Shown here in pieces: positions 44,899 to 57,001 of a DNA stretch of 64,000 nt. Where the stretch lies: the sequence record CP132210.1; one strand, written 5' to 3'. The first letter of the stretch is position 1; every line of letters starts with the position of its first letter. Under the pieces are notes generated by a model. It saw only the letters and a program-made list of their open reading frames with translations, was not told where the DNA came from and did no database searches. The DNA comes from a plasmid. Made by a program: the position numbers and the translations under genes.

Positions 44899-46214
44899 AA
44901 AATGGCGACCACTATTGGGTAAGTGCTTATGTAACGCCAATAGCTAAGAATGGTTCGATTGTTGAATACCAGTCTGTAAGGACCAAGCCTGAACCTGAGC
45001 AGGTTTTGGCTGCGGAAAAATTATATGCTCAATTGAGAAGCGGGAAGGCCGCGAGGCCGAAATTGGCTGCTAGCTTTTCCGTGAAAATACTCTTGCTCAT
45101 ATGGGGTAGTATTATATCAAGCGCAATGGCTGCCGGCATGCTTACTGATACATCAATAAGCAGCTTATTGTTAGCCACTTTAATGTCAGGAAGCTTAAGC
45201 TCTGTTAGTGTTTTGGCTATTCTCTCTCCTCTTGGAAGACTGGTTGAAAGAGCCAGGAATATTTCCAATAACCCATTAAGTCAATCCCTCTACACTGGGC
45301 GCACCGATGAGTTTGGCCAAATAGAGTTTGCTTTACGAATGATGCAAGCTGAAACAGGCGCCATAGTAGGTCGCATAGGTGATGCATCAAATCGGCTTAG
45401 CGAACACACCCGAGGCCTACTAAAGGATATTGAGTCAAGCAATGTACTTACAGTTGAGCAGCAGGCAGAGACAGATCAAATAGCAACGGCAGTAAACCAA
45501 ATGGTGGCAAGCATTCAAGAGGTTGCGAGCAATGCACAGCATGCTGCAGATGCGGCCGGAAGAGCAGACACTGAGACGGCATCTGGCCAGCGTCTGGTAG
45601 CCCACACAAGCCAGTCAATCACTGCCCTTGAAGGTGAAATTAGGCAAGCCACTCAGGTTATTCATGAGCTTGAAGGTCAAAGTAACGAGATATCAAAAGT
45701 TCTTGACGTTATACGAGGGATCGCCGAGCAAACGAATTTGTTGGCACTCAACGCAGCAATTGAGGCCGCGCGTGCTGGTGAGCAGGGGCGTGGTTTTGCT
45801 GTTGTCGCCGATGAGGTTCGCAGTCTTGCTGCTCGCACACAGCAATCGACAACGGATATTCAAAGCATGATCAGCGCTCTACAAGAGCGAGCGCAATCCG
45901 CTGTTACAGTCATGGAGCAAAGTAGTCGGCAAGCGCACACGAGTGTAGCTCACGCAGAGGAAGCAGCTACAGCTCTTGATGGAATTGGCCAACGCGTTAA
46001 CGAAATTACCGACATGAACGCGCAAATAGCGACTGCGGTCGAGCAGCAGGGAGCAGTAAGTGAAGACATAAACCGCAGTATTATCAATATACGCGATGCT
46101 GCTGATACCAATGTACAGACCGGGCAGAATAATTTGCAAAGTGCGAAATCTGTCGCTCAGTTAACTAGCGCTCTGAGCGAACTGGCAAAACAGTTTTGGG
46201 AAAAACGAGGATAA
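44899..46214 (+). pseudogene. methyl-accepting chemotaxis protein fragment, 5'-truncated by IS26; Tn1721/Tn1722-type mcp remnant
   Basis: Low-GC segment with MCP signalling domain ...[30 protein letters not shown]... Confidence 0.7.
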
Positions 46215-46365
46215 CGCTTTTCAGTATCTCGACAGGGATAACTTACTTTACCATCGGTTATCCCTTTTAGCCGCACAAATTTTAGCCATGGCTTTTCAGG
46301 AAGTCAGGGCTATCAGAATGGCCTTAGAAAGCCTAGTCAAAGAGCTGTCACGAGAACACCGTTAG

Positions 46366-46403
46366 CTTAGCGTACGATTTTTTCCGAATTCTGCGGTTCC
46401 CCC
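46366..46403 (-). repeat. Tn1721/Tn501-type 38-bp terminal inverted repeat
   Basis: Reverse complement GGGGGAACCGCAGAATTCGGAAAAAATCGTACGCTAAG, adjacent to the mcp fragment. Confidence 0.75.
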
Positions 46404-46541
46404 AAAGAGGCTGCACAGCGGCGATTCTTGCCCTAAAATAGCGTAAAAAACAGCGGCAAAGCGCGATAACAACACCGGGTGTCGCCAGGGCCGTAGCCTG
46501 GGTGGTGACGCCTGGTGTGAAAAAATGGTAAGGGGAGAGCG

Positions 46542-47303
46542 GTGATTCCAATAGAACGACATCAGCGTATTTTAGCCCTGGTGGAGCAGCGTGGGGCGGT
46601 AAGCATTAACGAGCTGACGGAGATCCTCGGCGTGTCCCATATGACCATCCGTCGGGACGTCAGTAAACTGGAGGAGCAGGGGCTGCTGGTCAGCGTCTCG
46701 GGCGGCGTACGCGCCGTCAGCCGGCTGGCCGCGGAACCCAGTCATCTGGTGAAAAGCACGCTGCAGAGTGAGGAGAAACAGGCGATCGGCGCGCTGGCGG
46801 CGAGTCATATCGCTAAAAACAGTTGCATCTATCTGGATGCCGGGACTACCACCCTGGCGCTGGCGCGGGCGATCCTCGACCGGAACGATCTCCAGGTGGT
46901 CACCAATGATTTTGAGATAACCCAGCTGCTGATCGATGCCAGCCAGTGCGGCGTGATCCACACCGGCGGCACTCTGTGCCGGGAGAACCGCTCCTGCGTG
47001 GGCGAATCGGCGGCGCGTACGTTACGCCACCTGGCTATCGATACGGCCTTTATCTCCGCCAGCGGCTGGGACAGTCGCGGGATATTCACCCCTGATGAGA
47101 ACAAGGTTACCGTCAAGGAGACCGTCAGCCAGGTCAGCGCGAGAAGCATCCTGCTGTGCGACAGTTCGAAATACAATCAGGTGGCCACGTTTATGGCGTT
47201 ACCTTTGACCCGGTTCACCACCATCATTACCGACCGGCATCTTTCCGATGCCGCCGCCAGTCATATCGCCCGGCACGCCTGCGAGGTGCTGCGGGCCGGA
47301 TAA
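46542..47303 (+). CDS. ygbI: DeoR-family transcriptional regulator (Klebsiella chromosomal ygbI-like, neighbour of blaSHV)
   Basis: GTG start with AAGGGGAGAG RBS. DeoR HTH ...VSINELTEILGVSHMTIRRDV... Confidence 0.8.
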   Translation: MIPIERHQRILALVEQRGAVSINELTEILGVSHMTIRRDVSKLEEQGLLVSVSGGVRAVSRLAAEPSHLVKSTLQSEEKQAIGALAASHIAKNSCIYLDAGTTTLALARAILDRNDLQVVTNDFEITQLLIDASQCGVIHTGGTLCRENRSCVGESAARTLRHLAIDTAFISASGWDSRGIFTPDENKVTVKETVSQVSARSILLCDSSKYNQVATFMALPLTRFTTIITDRHLSDAAASHIARHACEVLRAG

Positions 47304-47323
47304 CGCGCGCGGCCACCGCCGGG

Positions 47324-48184
47324 TTAGCGTTGCCAGTGCTCGATCAGCGCCGCGCCGATCCCGGCGATTTGCTGATTTCGCTCGGCCATGCTCGCCGGCG
47401 TATCCCGCAGATAAATCACCACAATGCGCTCTGCTTTGTTATTCGGGCCAAGCAGGGCGACAATCCCGCGCGCACCCCGCTTGCTAGCTCCGGTCTTATC
47501 GGCGATAAACCAGCCCGCCGGCAGCACGGAGCGGATCAACGGTCCGGCGACCCGATCGTCCACCATCCACTGCAGCAGCTGCCGTTGCGAACGGGCGCTC
47601 AGACGCTGGCTGGTCAGCAGCTTGCGCAGGGTCGCGGCCATGCTGGCCGGGGTAGTGGTGTCGCGGGCGTCGCCGGGAAGCGCCTCATTCAGTTCCGTTT
47701 CCCAGCGGTCAAGGCGGGTGACGTTGTCGCCGATCTGGCGCAAAAAGGCAGTCAATCCTGCGGGGCCGCCGACGGTGGCCAGCAGCAGATTGGCGGCGCT
47801 GTTATCGCTCATGGTAATGGCGGCGGCGCAGAGTTCGCCGACCGTCATGCCGTCGGCAAGGTGTTTTTCGCTGACCGGCGAGTAGTCCACCAGATCCTGC
47901 TGGCGATAGTGGATCTTTCGCTCCAGCTGTTCGTCACCGGCATCCACCCGCGCCAGCACTGCGCCGCAGAGCACTACTTTAAAGGTGCTCATCATGGGAA
48001 AGCGTTCATCGGCGCGCCAGGCGGTCAGCGTGCGGCCGCTGGCCAGATCCATTTCTATCATGCCTACGCGGCCCGACAGCTGGCTTTCGCTTTGTTTAAT
48101 TTGCTCAAGCGGCTGCGGGCTGGCGTGTACCGCCAGCGGCAGGGTGGCTAACAGGGAGATAATACACAGGCGAATATAACGCAT
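47324..48184 (-). CDS. blaSHV-12: SHV extended-spectrum beta-lactamase; substitutions consistent with SHV-12
   Basis: [12 protein letters not shown]... 286 aa. EQIKQSESQ gives L35[11 protein letters not shown] gives G238S and E240K. Confidence 0.92.
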   Translation of the reverse strand: MRYIRLCIISLLATLPLAVHASPQPLEQIKQSESQLSGRVGMIEMDLASGRTLTAWRADERFPMMSTFKVVLCGAVLARVDAGDEQLERKIHYRQQDLVDYSPVSEKHLADGMTVGELCAAAITMSDNSAANLLLATVGGPAGLTAFLRQIGDNVTRLDRWETELNEALPGDARDTTTPASMAATLRKLLTSQRLSARSQRQLLQWMVDDRVAGPLIRSVLPAGWFIADKTGASKRGARGIVALLGPNNKAERIVVIYLRDTPASMAERNQQIAGIGAALIEHWQR

Positions 48185-48257
48185 AACCACAATACATCCT
48201 TGAGTGAAGGCCGATAAAGGCGAGTAAAGAAGCGACAAATAAGAATAACCCGGCGTT

Positions 48258-49077
48258 GGCACTGTTGCAAATAGTCGGTGGTGATAAACTTATCATCCCC
48301 TTTTGCTGATGGAGCTGCACATGAACCCATTCAAAGGCCGGCATTTTCAGCGTGACATCATTCTGTGGGCCGTACGCTGGTACTGCAAATACGGCATCAG
48401 TTACCGTGAGCTGCAGGAGATGCTGGCTGAACGCGGAGTGAATGTCGATCACTCCACGATTTACCGCTGGGTTCAGCGTTATGCGCCTGAAATGGAAAAA
48501 CGGCTGCGCTGGTACTGGCGTAACCCTTCCGATCTTTGCCCGTGGCACATGGATGAAACCTACGTGAAGGTCAATGGCCGCTGGGCGTATCTGTACCGGG
48601 CCGTCGACAGCCGGGGCCGCACTGTCGATTTTTATCTCTCCTCCCGTCGTAACAGCAAAGCTGCATACCGGTTTCTGGGTAAAATCCTCAACAACGTGAA
48701 GAAGTGGCAGATCCCGCGATTCATCAACACGGATAAAGCGCCCGCCTATGGTCGCGCGCTTGCTCTGCTCAAACGCGAAGGCCGGTGCCCGTCTGACGTT
48801 GAACACCGACAGATTAAGTACCGGAACAACGTGATTGAATGCGATCATGGCAAACTGAAACGGATAATCGGCGCCACGCTGGGATTTAAATCCATGAAGA
48901 CGGCTTACGCCACCATCAAAGGTATTGAGGTGATGCGTGCACTACGCAAAGGCCAGGCCTCAGCATTTTATTATGGTGATCCCCTGGGCGAAATGCGCCT
49001 GGTAAGCAGAGTTTTTGAAATGTAAGGCCTTTGAATAAGACAAAAGGCTGCCTCATCGCTAACTTTGCAACAGTGCC
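48258..49077 (+). mobile_element. IS26 copy 2 (820 bp)
   Basis: IRs at 48258 and 49077. tnp26 on the plus strand, inverted relative to copies 1 and 3. Confidence 0.97.
48321..49025 (+). CDS. tnp26: IS26 transposase Tnp26
   Basis: Identical to the other copies. Confidence 0.95.
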   Translation: MNPFKGRHFQRDIILWAVRWYCKYGISYRELQEMLAERGVNVDHSTIYRWVQRYAPEMEKRLRWYWRNPSDLCPWHMDETYVKVNGRWAYLYRAVDSRGRTVDFYLSSRRNSKAAYRFLGKILNNVKKWQIPRFINTDKAPAYGRALALLKREGRCPSDVEHRQIKYRNNVIECDHGKLKRIIGATLGFKSMKTAYATIKGIEVMRALRKGQASAFYYGDPLGEMRLVSRVFEM

Positions 49078-49598
49078 GTCTTGCTCACCTTGAGCCGTGT
49101 AGCGGCCTCTCGGACATTAAGCCCGTTGGCGATGTGCTCCCGCGCTCGCTGCAACTTGTCGGCGGTGACAACCGGCTTTCGCCCGCCCTTCCTCCCACGA
49201 GCGGCGGCGGCAGTCAACCCGGCCTTGGTGCGCTCGCGGATCAAGTCGCGCTCGAACTGGCCCAGCGCGCCGAACACGTGGAAGATGAGCCGCCCGCCTG
49301 GCGTGGTGGTGTCGATGGCTTCCGTCAGAGAACGGAAGCCGACGCCTCGCGCTTCCAGCGCGCCTATCGTTTCGATTAGGTGCGGCATAGAGCGCCCGAG
49401 CCGATCCAGCCGCCAGACGGCCAGCACGTCGCCGTCGCGCAGGTAGGCCAGCGCATCAGCCAAGCCGGGGCGGTCGGCCTTGGCCCCGGAAGCCGTGTCC
49501 TCGAAAACGCGCTCGCAGCCTGCCTTGCGTAGCGCATCCGTCTGCAAGGCGGTGTCCTGTTCCGCCGTCGATACCCGCGCATAGCCGATCAGTGCCAT
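49078..49598 (-). pseudogene. serine recombinase/resolvase (TniR/ParA-resolvase-like), 3'-truncated by IS26
   Basis: MALIGYARVSTAEQDTALQTDAL...WRLDRLGRS... The reading frame runs into the IS26 IR. Confidence 0.7.
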
Positions 49599-49779
49599 TT
49601 GCCGCCTCTCTTGTCCGTCATTCCGTCCGCCTATCTTAATGTCCGACAACCCGTTGTGCAATAACTTTGCTGGACAGTGTCCGGCATGGCCGACTAATGA
49701 TCGTTTGACGGACATTGACGGTAAGGCATTTTTGCATTACTATGTGAAGCATCAACCTTGATTGCGAGGGCAAACCACC

Positions 49780-50031
49780 ATGACCACATTGACCGTTACC
49801 GCACGGGGACAAGTGACGTTTCGGAAGGACGTACTGCAACACCTCGGCATCAGGCCAGGCGACAAGATCGAGCTGGACTTGTTGCCAGACGGTCGGGGCG
49901 TGCTCAAGGCGGCACGGCCCGCAGGGACGATAGCCAGCTTTGTCGGCCTGCTCGCGGGCAAGACGCAGAAGGTTGCCACCATCGAAGAAATCAACGAGGC
50001 GGCGGCGCAAGGCTGGGCAGGTAAGCAATGA
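49780..50031 (+). CDS. vapB: AbrB/MazE-type antitoxin (VapB-like)
   Basis: 83 aa. Immediately upstream of and overlapping the PIN-domain gene. Confidence 0.65.
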   Translation: MTTLTVTARGQVTFRKDVLQHLGIRPGDKIELDLLPDGRGVLKAARPAGTIASFVGLLAGKTQKVATIEEINEAAAQGWAGKQ

Positions 50032-50423
50032 AGGTCGCAGTCGATACCAACGTCCTTGTGCGTGCGGTTGTGCGTGACGATCCCGCACAAGCGGACGTTG
50101 CCGCCGCAGTCTTGACCGACGCCGAGTTGATCGCGGTCGCGCTGCCGTGCCTATGCGAATTTGTTTGGGTGCTGCTGCGTGTCTACGGCTTCCAGCAAGC
50201 CGACGCGGCCAGCGCGATCCGGGCACTACTGGCCGCCGCGAATGTGGAAGTGAACCGGCCTGCCGTGGAGGCTGGCTTGCTGGTGCTCGACGCGGGCGGA
50301 GACTTTGCCGATGGCGTCATTGCCTACGAAGGCAACTGGCTTGGCGGGGAAACCTTCGTTTCCTTCGATAAGAAGGCGGTGGCACTTCTCACGGCGCAAG
50401 GGCAATCAACGCGCCTTTTGTGA
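50028..50423 (+). CDS. vapC: PIN-domain toxin VapC
   Basis: MKVAVDTNVLVRAVVRDD... PIN signature. 4-nt overlap with vapB. Confidence 0.8.
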   Translation: MKVAVDTNVLVRAVVRDDPAQADVAAAVLTDAELIAVALPCLCEFVWVLLRVYGFQQADAASAIRALLAAANVEVNRPAVEAGLLVLDAGGDFADGVIAYEGNWLGGETFVSFDKKAVALLTAQGQSTRLL

Positions 50424-50971
50424 CGGACATGAGCATGAACGAATTCCGCCGACTGGCCGCGAAGATCGACCAACACATGCAGCAGCTTGCCGCCCAGGGT
50501 GTCAGCGAGGCCCATGCCATCATCAATCGCATGATGGGGTACGGGCCTGACCTGCACAGGATTTGGGTCGGCACATCCGATCAGCAGCTCATGGCGCTGT
50601 CCCGCGAGTTCCCAGGGTTCTACCGCTACGCCCGCATCATGGAAGAGGCATCCGAAGCCGAGCGCCGCAAGGCTTCGCGGCCCTATGACGGCATGGCCGA
50701 GTTCTCCGAACAGCACAAGCAAATGGGCGCGCAACTGCTGACCACGGCGGCCACGCTTGAGCGTGGCTACCAGGCGTTTCGTGCGAGCGGCAGTCTCCAA
50801 GACTTCCGGCCTCAGCTCGACGAGCTGGGCCGCCTGCATCGGCAATGGCTGTCCGACCTGGAAGCCTTCAAAGACTCGCTGCGCACGCAGGGCGCAGAAC
50901 CCAAGGTGCTGGAATACGTGAACGAGGCTTTCGGCCGCCTGGCCGAGCGCATCAAGCAGCTTGCCGGTTGA
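50420..50971 (+). CDS. hypothetical protein
   Basis: 183-aa ORF coupled to vapC. Confidence 0.45.
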   Translation: MTDMSMNEFRRLAAKIDQHMQQLAAQGVSEAHAIINRMMGYGPDLHRIWVGTSDQQLMALSREFPGFYRYARIMEEASEAERRKASRPYDGMAEFSEQHKQMGAQLLTTAATLERGYQAFRASGSLQDFRPQLDELGRLHRQWLSDLEAFKDSLRTQGAEPKVLEYVNEAFGRLAERIKQLAG

Positions 50972-51120
50972 TCGCCGGAATTTTCGGCGGTTCCGGCTTT
51001 GTCGCGCCGTGCACAAGAGTTCTGAGCAATTCCGATCTCTCGCGGCGCTTCGTGCATAGAACTTCTGACCGTTCCCGGTCAGAAGTTCTATGCACACACG
51101 GCGGCCAGCCCAGTGAACTG

Positions 51121-51145
51121 GTGCAGTCGCCTTCTGAAAACGACA
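51121..51145 (-). repeat. Tn402-family IRt-like 25-bp repeat (variant) in inverted orientation, 37 bp from IRi
   Basis: Reverse complement TGTCGTTTTCAGAAGGCGACTGCAC. Confidence 0.6.
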
Positions 51146-51182
51146 GCGGCAGCCTGTCGCGTAACTTAGGACTTGTGCGACA

Positions 51183-51207
51183 TGTCGTTTTCAGAAGACG
51201 GCTGCAC
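51183..51207 (+). repeat. class 1 integron IRi (copy 2)
   Basis: TGTCGTTTTCAGAAGACGGCTGCAC. Duplicated 5'-CS identical to 37554-38905. Confidence 0.9.
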
Positions 51208-51384
51208 TGAACGTCAGAAGCCGACTGCACTATAGCAGCGGAGGGGTTGGATCCATCAGGCAACGACGGGCTGCTGCCGGCCATCAGCGGACGCAGGGAG
51301 GACTTTCCGCAACCGGCCGTTCGATGCGGCACCGATGGCCTTCGCGCAGGGGTAGTGAATCCGCCAGGATTGACTTGCGCTGCC

Positions 51385-53365
<1,981 letters not shown>

Positions 53366-53472
53366 CAGATGCGGCATAACAAATCGTTGGAGCGGGACTT
53401 TTGCTACGCAGGCTGCGCCTACTCCGCAAAAGCCCCTCAACTCAGGCGTTAGGCATCACAAAGTACAGCATC

Positions 53473-54027
53473 GTGACCAACAGCAACGATTCCGTCACAC
53501 TGCGCCTCATGACTGAGCATGACCTTGCGATGCTCTATGAGTGGCTAAATCGATCTCATATCGTCGAGTGGTGGGGCGGAGAAGAAGCACGCCCGACACT
53601 TGCTGACGTACAGGAACAGTACTTGCCAAGCGTTTTAGCGCAAGAGTCCGTCACTCCATACATTGCAATGCTGAATGGAGAGCCGATTGGGTATGCCCAG
53701 TCGTACGTTGCTCTTGGAAGCGGGGACGGATGGTGGGAAGAAGAAACCGATCCAGGAGTACGCGGAATAGACCAGTCACTGGCGAATGCATCACAACTGG
53801 GCAAAGGCTTGGGAACCAAGCTGGTTCGAGCACTGGTTGAGTTGCTGTTCAATGATCCCGAGGTCACCAAGATCCAAACGGACCCGTCGCCGAGCAACTT
53901 GCGAGCGATCCGATGCTACGAGAAAGCGGGGTTTGAGAGGCAAGGTACCGTAACCACCCCAGATGGTCCAGCCGTGTACATGGTTCAAACACGCCAGGCA
54001 TTCGAGCGAACACGCAGTGATGCCTAA
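53473..54027 (+). CDS. aac(6')-Ib: aminoglycoside 6'-N-acetyltransferase AAC(6')-Ib family, Leu-to-Ser variant (AAC(6')-Ib'-like) (cassette 2)
   Basis: GTG start at 53473. Alternative ATG at 53509 and TTG at 53401. ...[18 protein letters not shown] has Ser where standard Ib has Leu. Confidence 0.85.
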   Translation: MTNSNDSVTLRLMTEHDLAMLYEWLNRSHIVEWWGGEEARPTLADVQEQYLPSVLAQESVTPYIAMLNGEPIGYAQSYVALGSGDGWWEEETDPGVRGIDQSLANASQLGKGLGTKLVRALVELLFNDPEVTKIQTDPSPSNLRAIRCYEKAGFERQGTVTTPDGPAVYMVQTRQAFERTRSDA

Positions 54028-54097
54028 CCCTTCCATCGAGGGGGACGTCCAAGGGCTGGCGCCCTTGGCCGCCCCTCATGTCAAACGTTAGACCGCT

Positions 54098-54892
54098 ATG
54101 ACAGTCGCCCTCGACGAAGTATCTGAACTAAAGAATTTGCTTTCACCCTTGTTGGATGAATGCACTTTTGAAGAAGTTGAGTATGGTCAGTCAGATGCTC
54201 GAGTGATTCGAGTTCTATTTCCTGATCGCAATACCGCGTATCTAAAGTACGCCTCCGGATCTTCTGCTCAAGAAATTCTTCAAGAGCATCAGCGCACTAG
54301 ATGGCTCAGAACACGAGCTCTCGTACCGGAAGTGATCTCATATGTCTCGACTTCAACTGTCACCATCCTGTTGACAAAAGCATTGATTGGCCACAATGCC
54401 GCTGACGCCGCAGATGCAGATCCAGTTATTGTTGTTGCAGAGATGGCACGAGCGTTACGCGACCTCCATTCGATCTCGCCTGACGATTGCCCATTCGACG
54501 AAAGGCTCCACCTGCGACTGAAGCTGGCTTCGGGCCGTTTGGAAGCCGGGTTAGTTGATGAGGAGGACTTTGATCACGCAAGGCAAGGCATGCTGGCGCG
54601 GGATGTTTACGAGCAACTTTTTATACAAATGCCTGGAGCGGAGCAGCTGGTAGTCACACATGGCGACGCCTGTCCCGAGAACTTCATCTTCCAAGGTAAT
54701 GCCTTCGTCGGCTTCATAGACTGCGGTCGGGTCGGGCTTGCCGATAAGTATCAAGACCTGGCGCTTGCATCGAGAAACATTGACGCGGTATTTGGACCAG
54801 AACTCACTAACCAGTTCTTCATCGAGTATGGAGAGCCAAATCCGAACATAGCTAAGATTGAGTACTACCGGATCTTGGATGAGTTCTTCTAA
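54098..54892 (+). CDS. aphA15: aminoglycoside 3'-phosphotransferase APH(3')-XV-like (cassette 3)
   Basis: 264 aa. APH(3') motifs HGDACPENFIF and GFIDCGRVGLADKYQD. Confidence 0.85.
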   Translation: MTVALDEVSELKNLLSPLLDECTFEEVEYGQSDARVIRVLFPDRNTAYLKYASGSSAQEILQEHQRTRWLRTRALVPEVISYVSTSTVTILLTKALIGHNAADAADADPVIVVAEMARALRDLHSISPDDCPFDERLHLRLKLASGRLEAGLVDEEDFDHARQGMLARDVYEQLFIQMPGAEQLVVTHGDACPENFIFQGNAFVGFIDCGRVGLADKYQDLALASRNIDAVFGPELTNQFFIEYGEPNPNIAKIEYYRILDEFF

Positions 54893-55008
54893 GCGCGGTC
54901 TAACAATTCGTTCAAGCCGAGATCGCTTCGCGGCCGCGGAGTTGTTCTGTAAATTGTCACAACGCCGCGGCCGCAAAGCGCTCCGGCTTAACTCAGGCGT
55001 TAAACATC

Positions 55009-55800
55009 ATGAGGGAAGCGGTGATCGCCGAAGTATCGACTCAACTATCAGAGGTAGTTGGCGTCATCGAGCGCCATCTCGAACCGACGTTGCTGGCCGT
55101 ACATTTGTACGGCTCCGCAGTGGATGGCGGCCTGAAGCCACACAGTGATATTGATTTGCTGGTTACGGTGACCGTAAGGCTTGATGAAACAACGCGGCGA
55201 GCTTTGATCAACGACCTTTTGGAAACTTCGGCTTCCCCTGGAGAGAGCGAGATTCTCCGCGCTGTAGAAGTCACCATTGTTGTGCACGACGACATCATTC
55301 CGTGGCGTTATCCAGCTAAGCGCGAACTGCAATTTGGAGAATGGCAGCGCAATGACATTCTTGCAGGTATCTTCGAGCCAGCCACGATCGACATTGATCT
55401 GGCTATCTTGCTGACAAAAGCAAGAGAACATAGCGTTGCCTTGGTAGGTCCAGCGGCGGAGGAACTCTTTGATCCGGTTCCTGAACAGGATCTATTTGAG
55501 GCGCTAAATGAAACCTTAACGCTATGGAACTCGCCGCCCGACTGGGCTGGCGATGAGCGAAATGTAGTGCTTACGTTGTCCCGCATTTGGTACAGCGCAG
55601 TAACCGGCAGAATCGCGCCGAAGGATGTCGCTGCCGACTGGGCAATGGAGCGCCTGCCGGCCCAGTATCAGCCCGTCATACTTGAAGCTAGACAGGCTTA
55701 TCTTGGACAAGAAGAAGATCGCTTGGCCTCGCGCGCAGATCAGTTGGAAGAATTTGTTCACTACGTGAAAGGCGAGATCACCAAGGTAGTCGGCAAATAA
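55009..55800 (+). CDS. aadA1: aminoglycoside 3''-adenylyltransferase AadA1 (cassette 4)
   Basis: MREAVIAEVSTQLSEVVGVIERHLEPTLLAVHLYGSAVDGGLKPHSDIDLLV... Confidence 0.95.
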   Translation: MREAVIAEVSTQLSEVVGVIERHLEPTLLAVHLYGSAVDGGLKPHSDIDLLVTVTVRLDETTRRALINDLLETSASPGESEILRAVEVTIVVHDDIIPWRYPAKRELQFGEWQRNDILAGIFEPATIDIDLAILLTKAREHSVALVGPAAEELFDPVPEQDLFEALNETLTLWNSPPDWAGDERNVVLTLSRIWYSAVTGRIAPKDVAADWAMERLPAQYQPVILEARQAYLGQEEDRLASRADQLEEFVHYVKGEITKVVGK

Positions 55801-55852
55801 TACATGTTAGGCGACGCGTGGAGTCGCTCTAGAATTTTCGGGTACAAATTTT

Positions 55853-56485
55853 ATGACGAATTATTTTGAGAGTCCCTTCAAAGGGAAGCTTCTGACTGAG
55901 CAGGTGAAGAATCCGAACATCAAGGTAGGGCGGTATAGCTACTATTCCGGCTATTACCATGGGCACTCGTTTGATGATTGTGCTCGCTACCTTCTACCAG
56001 ACCGTGATGACGTTGATCAGCTGATTATCGGCAGCTTCTGCTCCATCGGATCAGGCGCAGCTTTTATTATGGCTGGGAATCAAGGCCACCGATATGATTG
56101 GGTCTCTTCTTTCCCTTTCTTCTACATGAACGAGGAGCCCGCGTTTGCAAAATCAGTCGATGCATTCCAGCGGGCTGGCGACACAGTTATAGGAAGTGAT
56201 GTGTGGATCGGTTCGGAGGCCATGATCATGCCCGGGATCAAGATCGGGCATGGAGCGGTGATAGGTAGCCGCGCTTTGGTTGCCAAAGACGTGGAACCCT
56301 ACACCATAGTGGGGGGAAACCCTGCAAAGTCGATTAGGAAGCGCTTTTCTGAAGAAGAAATTTCTATGCTTTTAGATATGGCTTGGTGGGATTGGCCGCT
56401 GGAACAAATCAAGGAAGCAATGCCTTTTCTTTGTTCGTCTGGCATTGCCAGCCTGTATCGTCGCTGGCAAGGCACAAGCGCCTAA
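55853..56485 (+). CDS. catB2: CatB-type chloramphenicol acetyltransferase (catB2-like) (cassette 5)
   Basis: [37 protein letters not shown]... Hexapeptide-repeat acetyltransferase. Confidence 0.88.
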   Translation: MTNYFESPFKGKLLTEQVKNPNIKVGRYSYYSGYYHGHSFDDCARYLLPDRDDVDQLIIGSFCSIGSGAAFIMAGNQGHRYDWVSSFPFFYMNEEPAFAKSVDAFQRAGDTVIGSDVWIGSEAMIMPGIKIGHGAVIGSRALVAKDVEPYTIVGGNPAKSIRKRFSEEEISMLLDMAWWDWPLEQIKEAMPFLCSSGIASLYRRWQGTSA

Positions 56486-56653
56486 CAATACGCTACACAC
56501 GGACAAATTACTCGCTGCGCTCCTAATTTGCCGGTGAGCGTGGCGTTAGATGCACTAAGCACATAATTGCTCACAGCCAAACTATCAGGTCAAGTCTGCT
56601 TTTATTATTTTTAAGCGTGCATAATAAGCCCTACACAAATTGGGAGATATATC

Positions 56654-57001
56654 ATGAAAGGCTGGCTTTTTCTTGTTATCGCAATAGTTGGCGAAGTAAT
56701 CGCAACATCCGCATTAAAATCTAGCGAGGGCTTTACTAAGCTTGCCCCTTCCGCCGTTGTCATAATCGGTTATGGCATCGCATTTTATTTTCTTTCTCTG
56801 GTTCTGAAATCCATCCCTGTCGGTGTTGCTTATGCAGTCTGGTCGGGACTCGGCGTCGTCATAATTACAGCCATTGCCTGGTTGCTTCATGGGCAAAAGC
56901 TTGATGCGTGGGGCTTTGTAGGTATGGGGCTCATAATTGCTGCCTTTTTGCTCGCCCGATCCCCATCGTGGAAGTCGCTGCGGAGGCCGACGCCATGGTG
57001 A
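56654..57001 (+). CDS. qacEdelta1: QacEdelta1 (3'-conserved segment)
   Basis: 115 aa, [22 protein letters not shown]... The 3'-CS begins at GTTAGAT at 56535. Confidence 0.95.
   Translation: MKGWLFLVIAIVGEVIATSALKSSEGFTKLAPSAVVIIGYGIAFYFLSLVLKSIPVGVAYAVWSGLGVVIITAIAWLLHGQKLDAWGFVGMGLIIAAFLLARSPSWKSLRRPTPW

Noticed and set aside
44308-44922. 204-244-aa ORFs on the strand opposite tnp26 in each IS26 copy (44308-44922, 48105-48848, 61375-62109)
   Set aside because: Known spurious antisense frame of IS26. Identical in all three copies because the insertion sequence is identical.
47156-48151. 331-aa plus-strand ORF across blaSHV
   Set aside because: Antisense to blaSHV. Arg/Gly/Ala-rich composition typical of a wrong-frame GC-rich translation.
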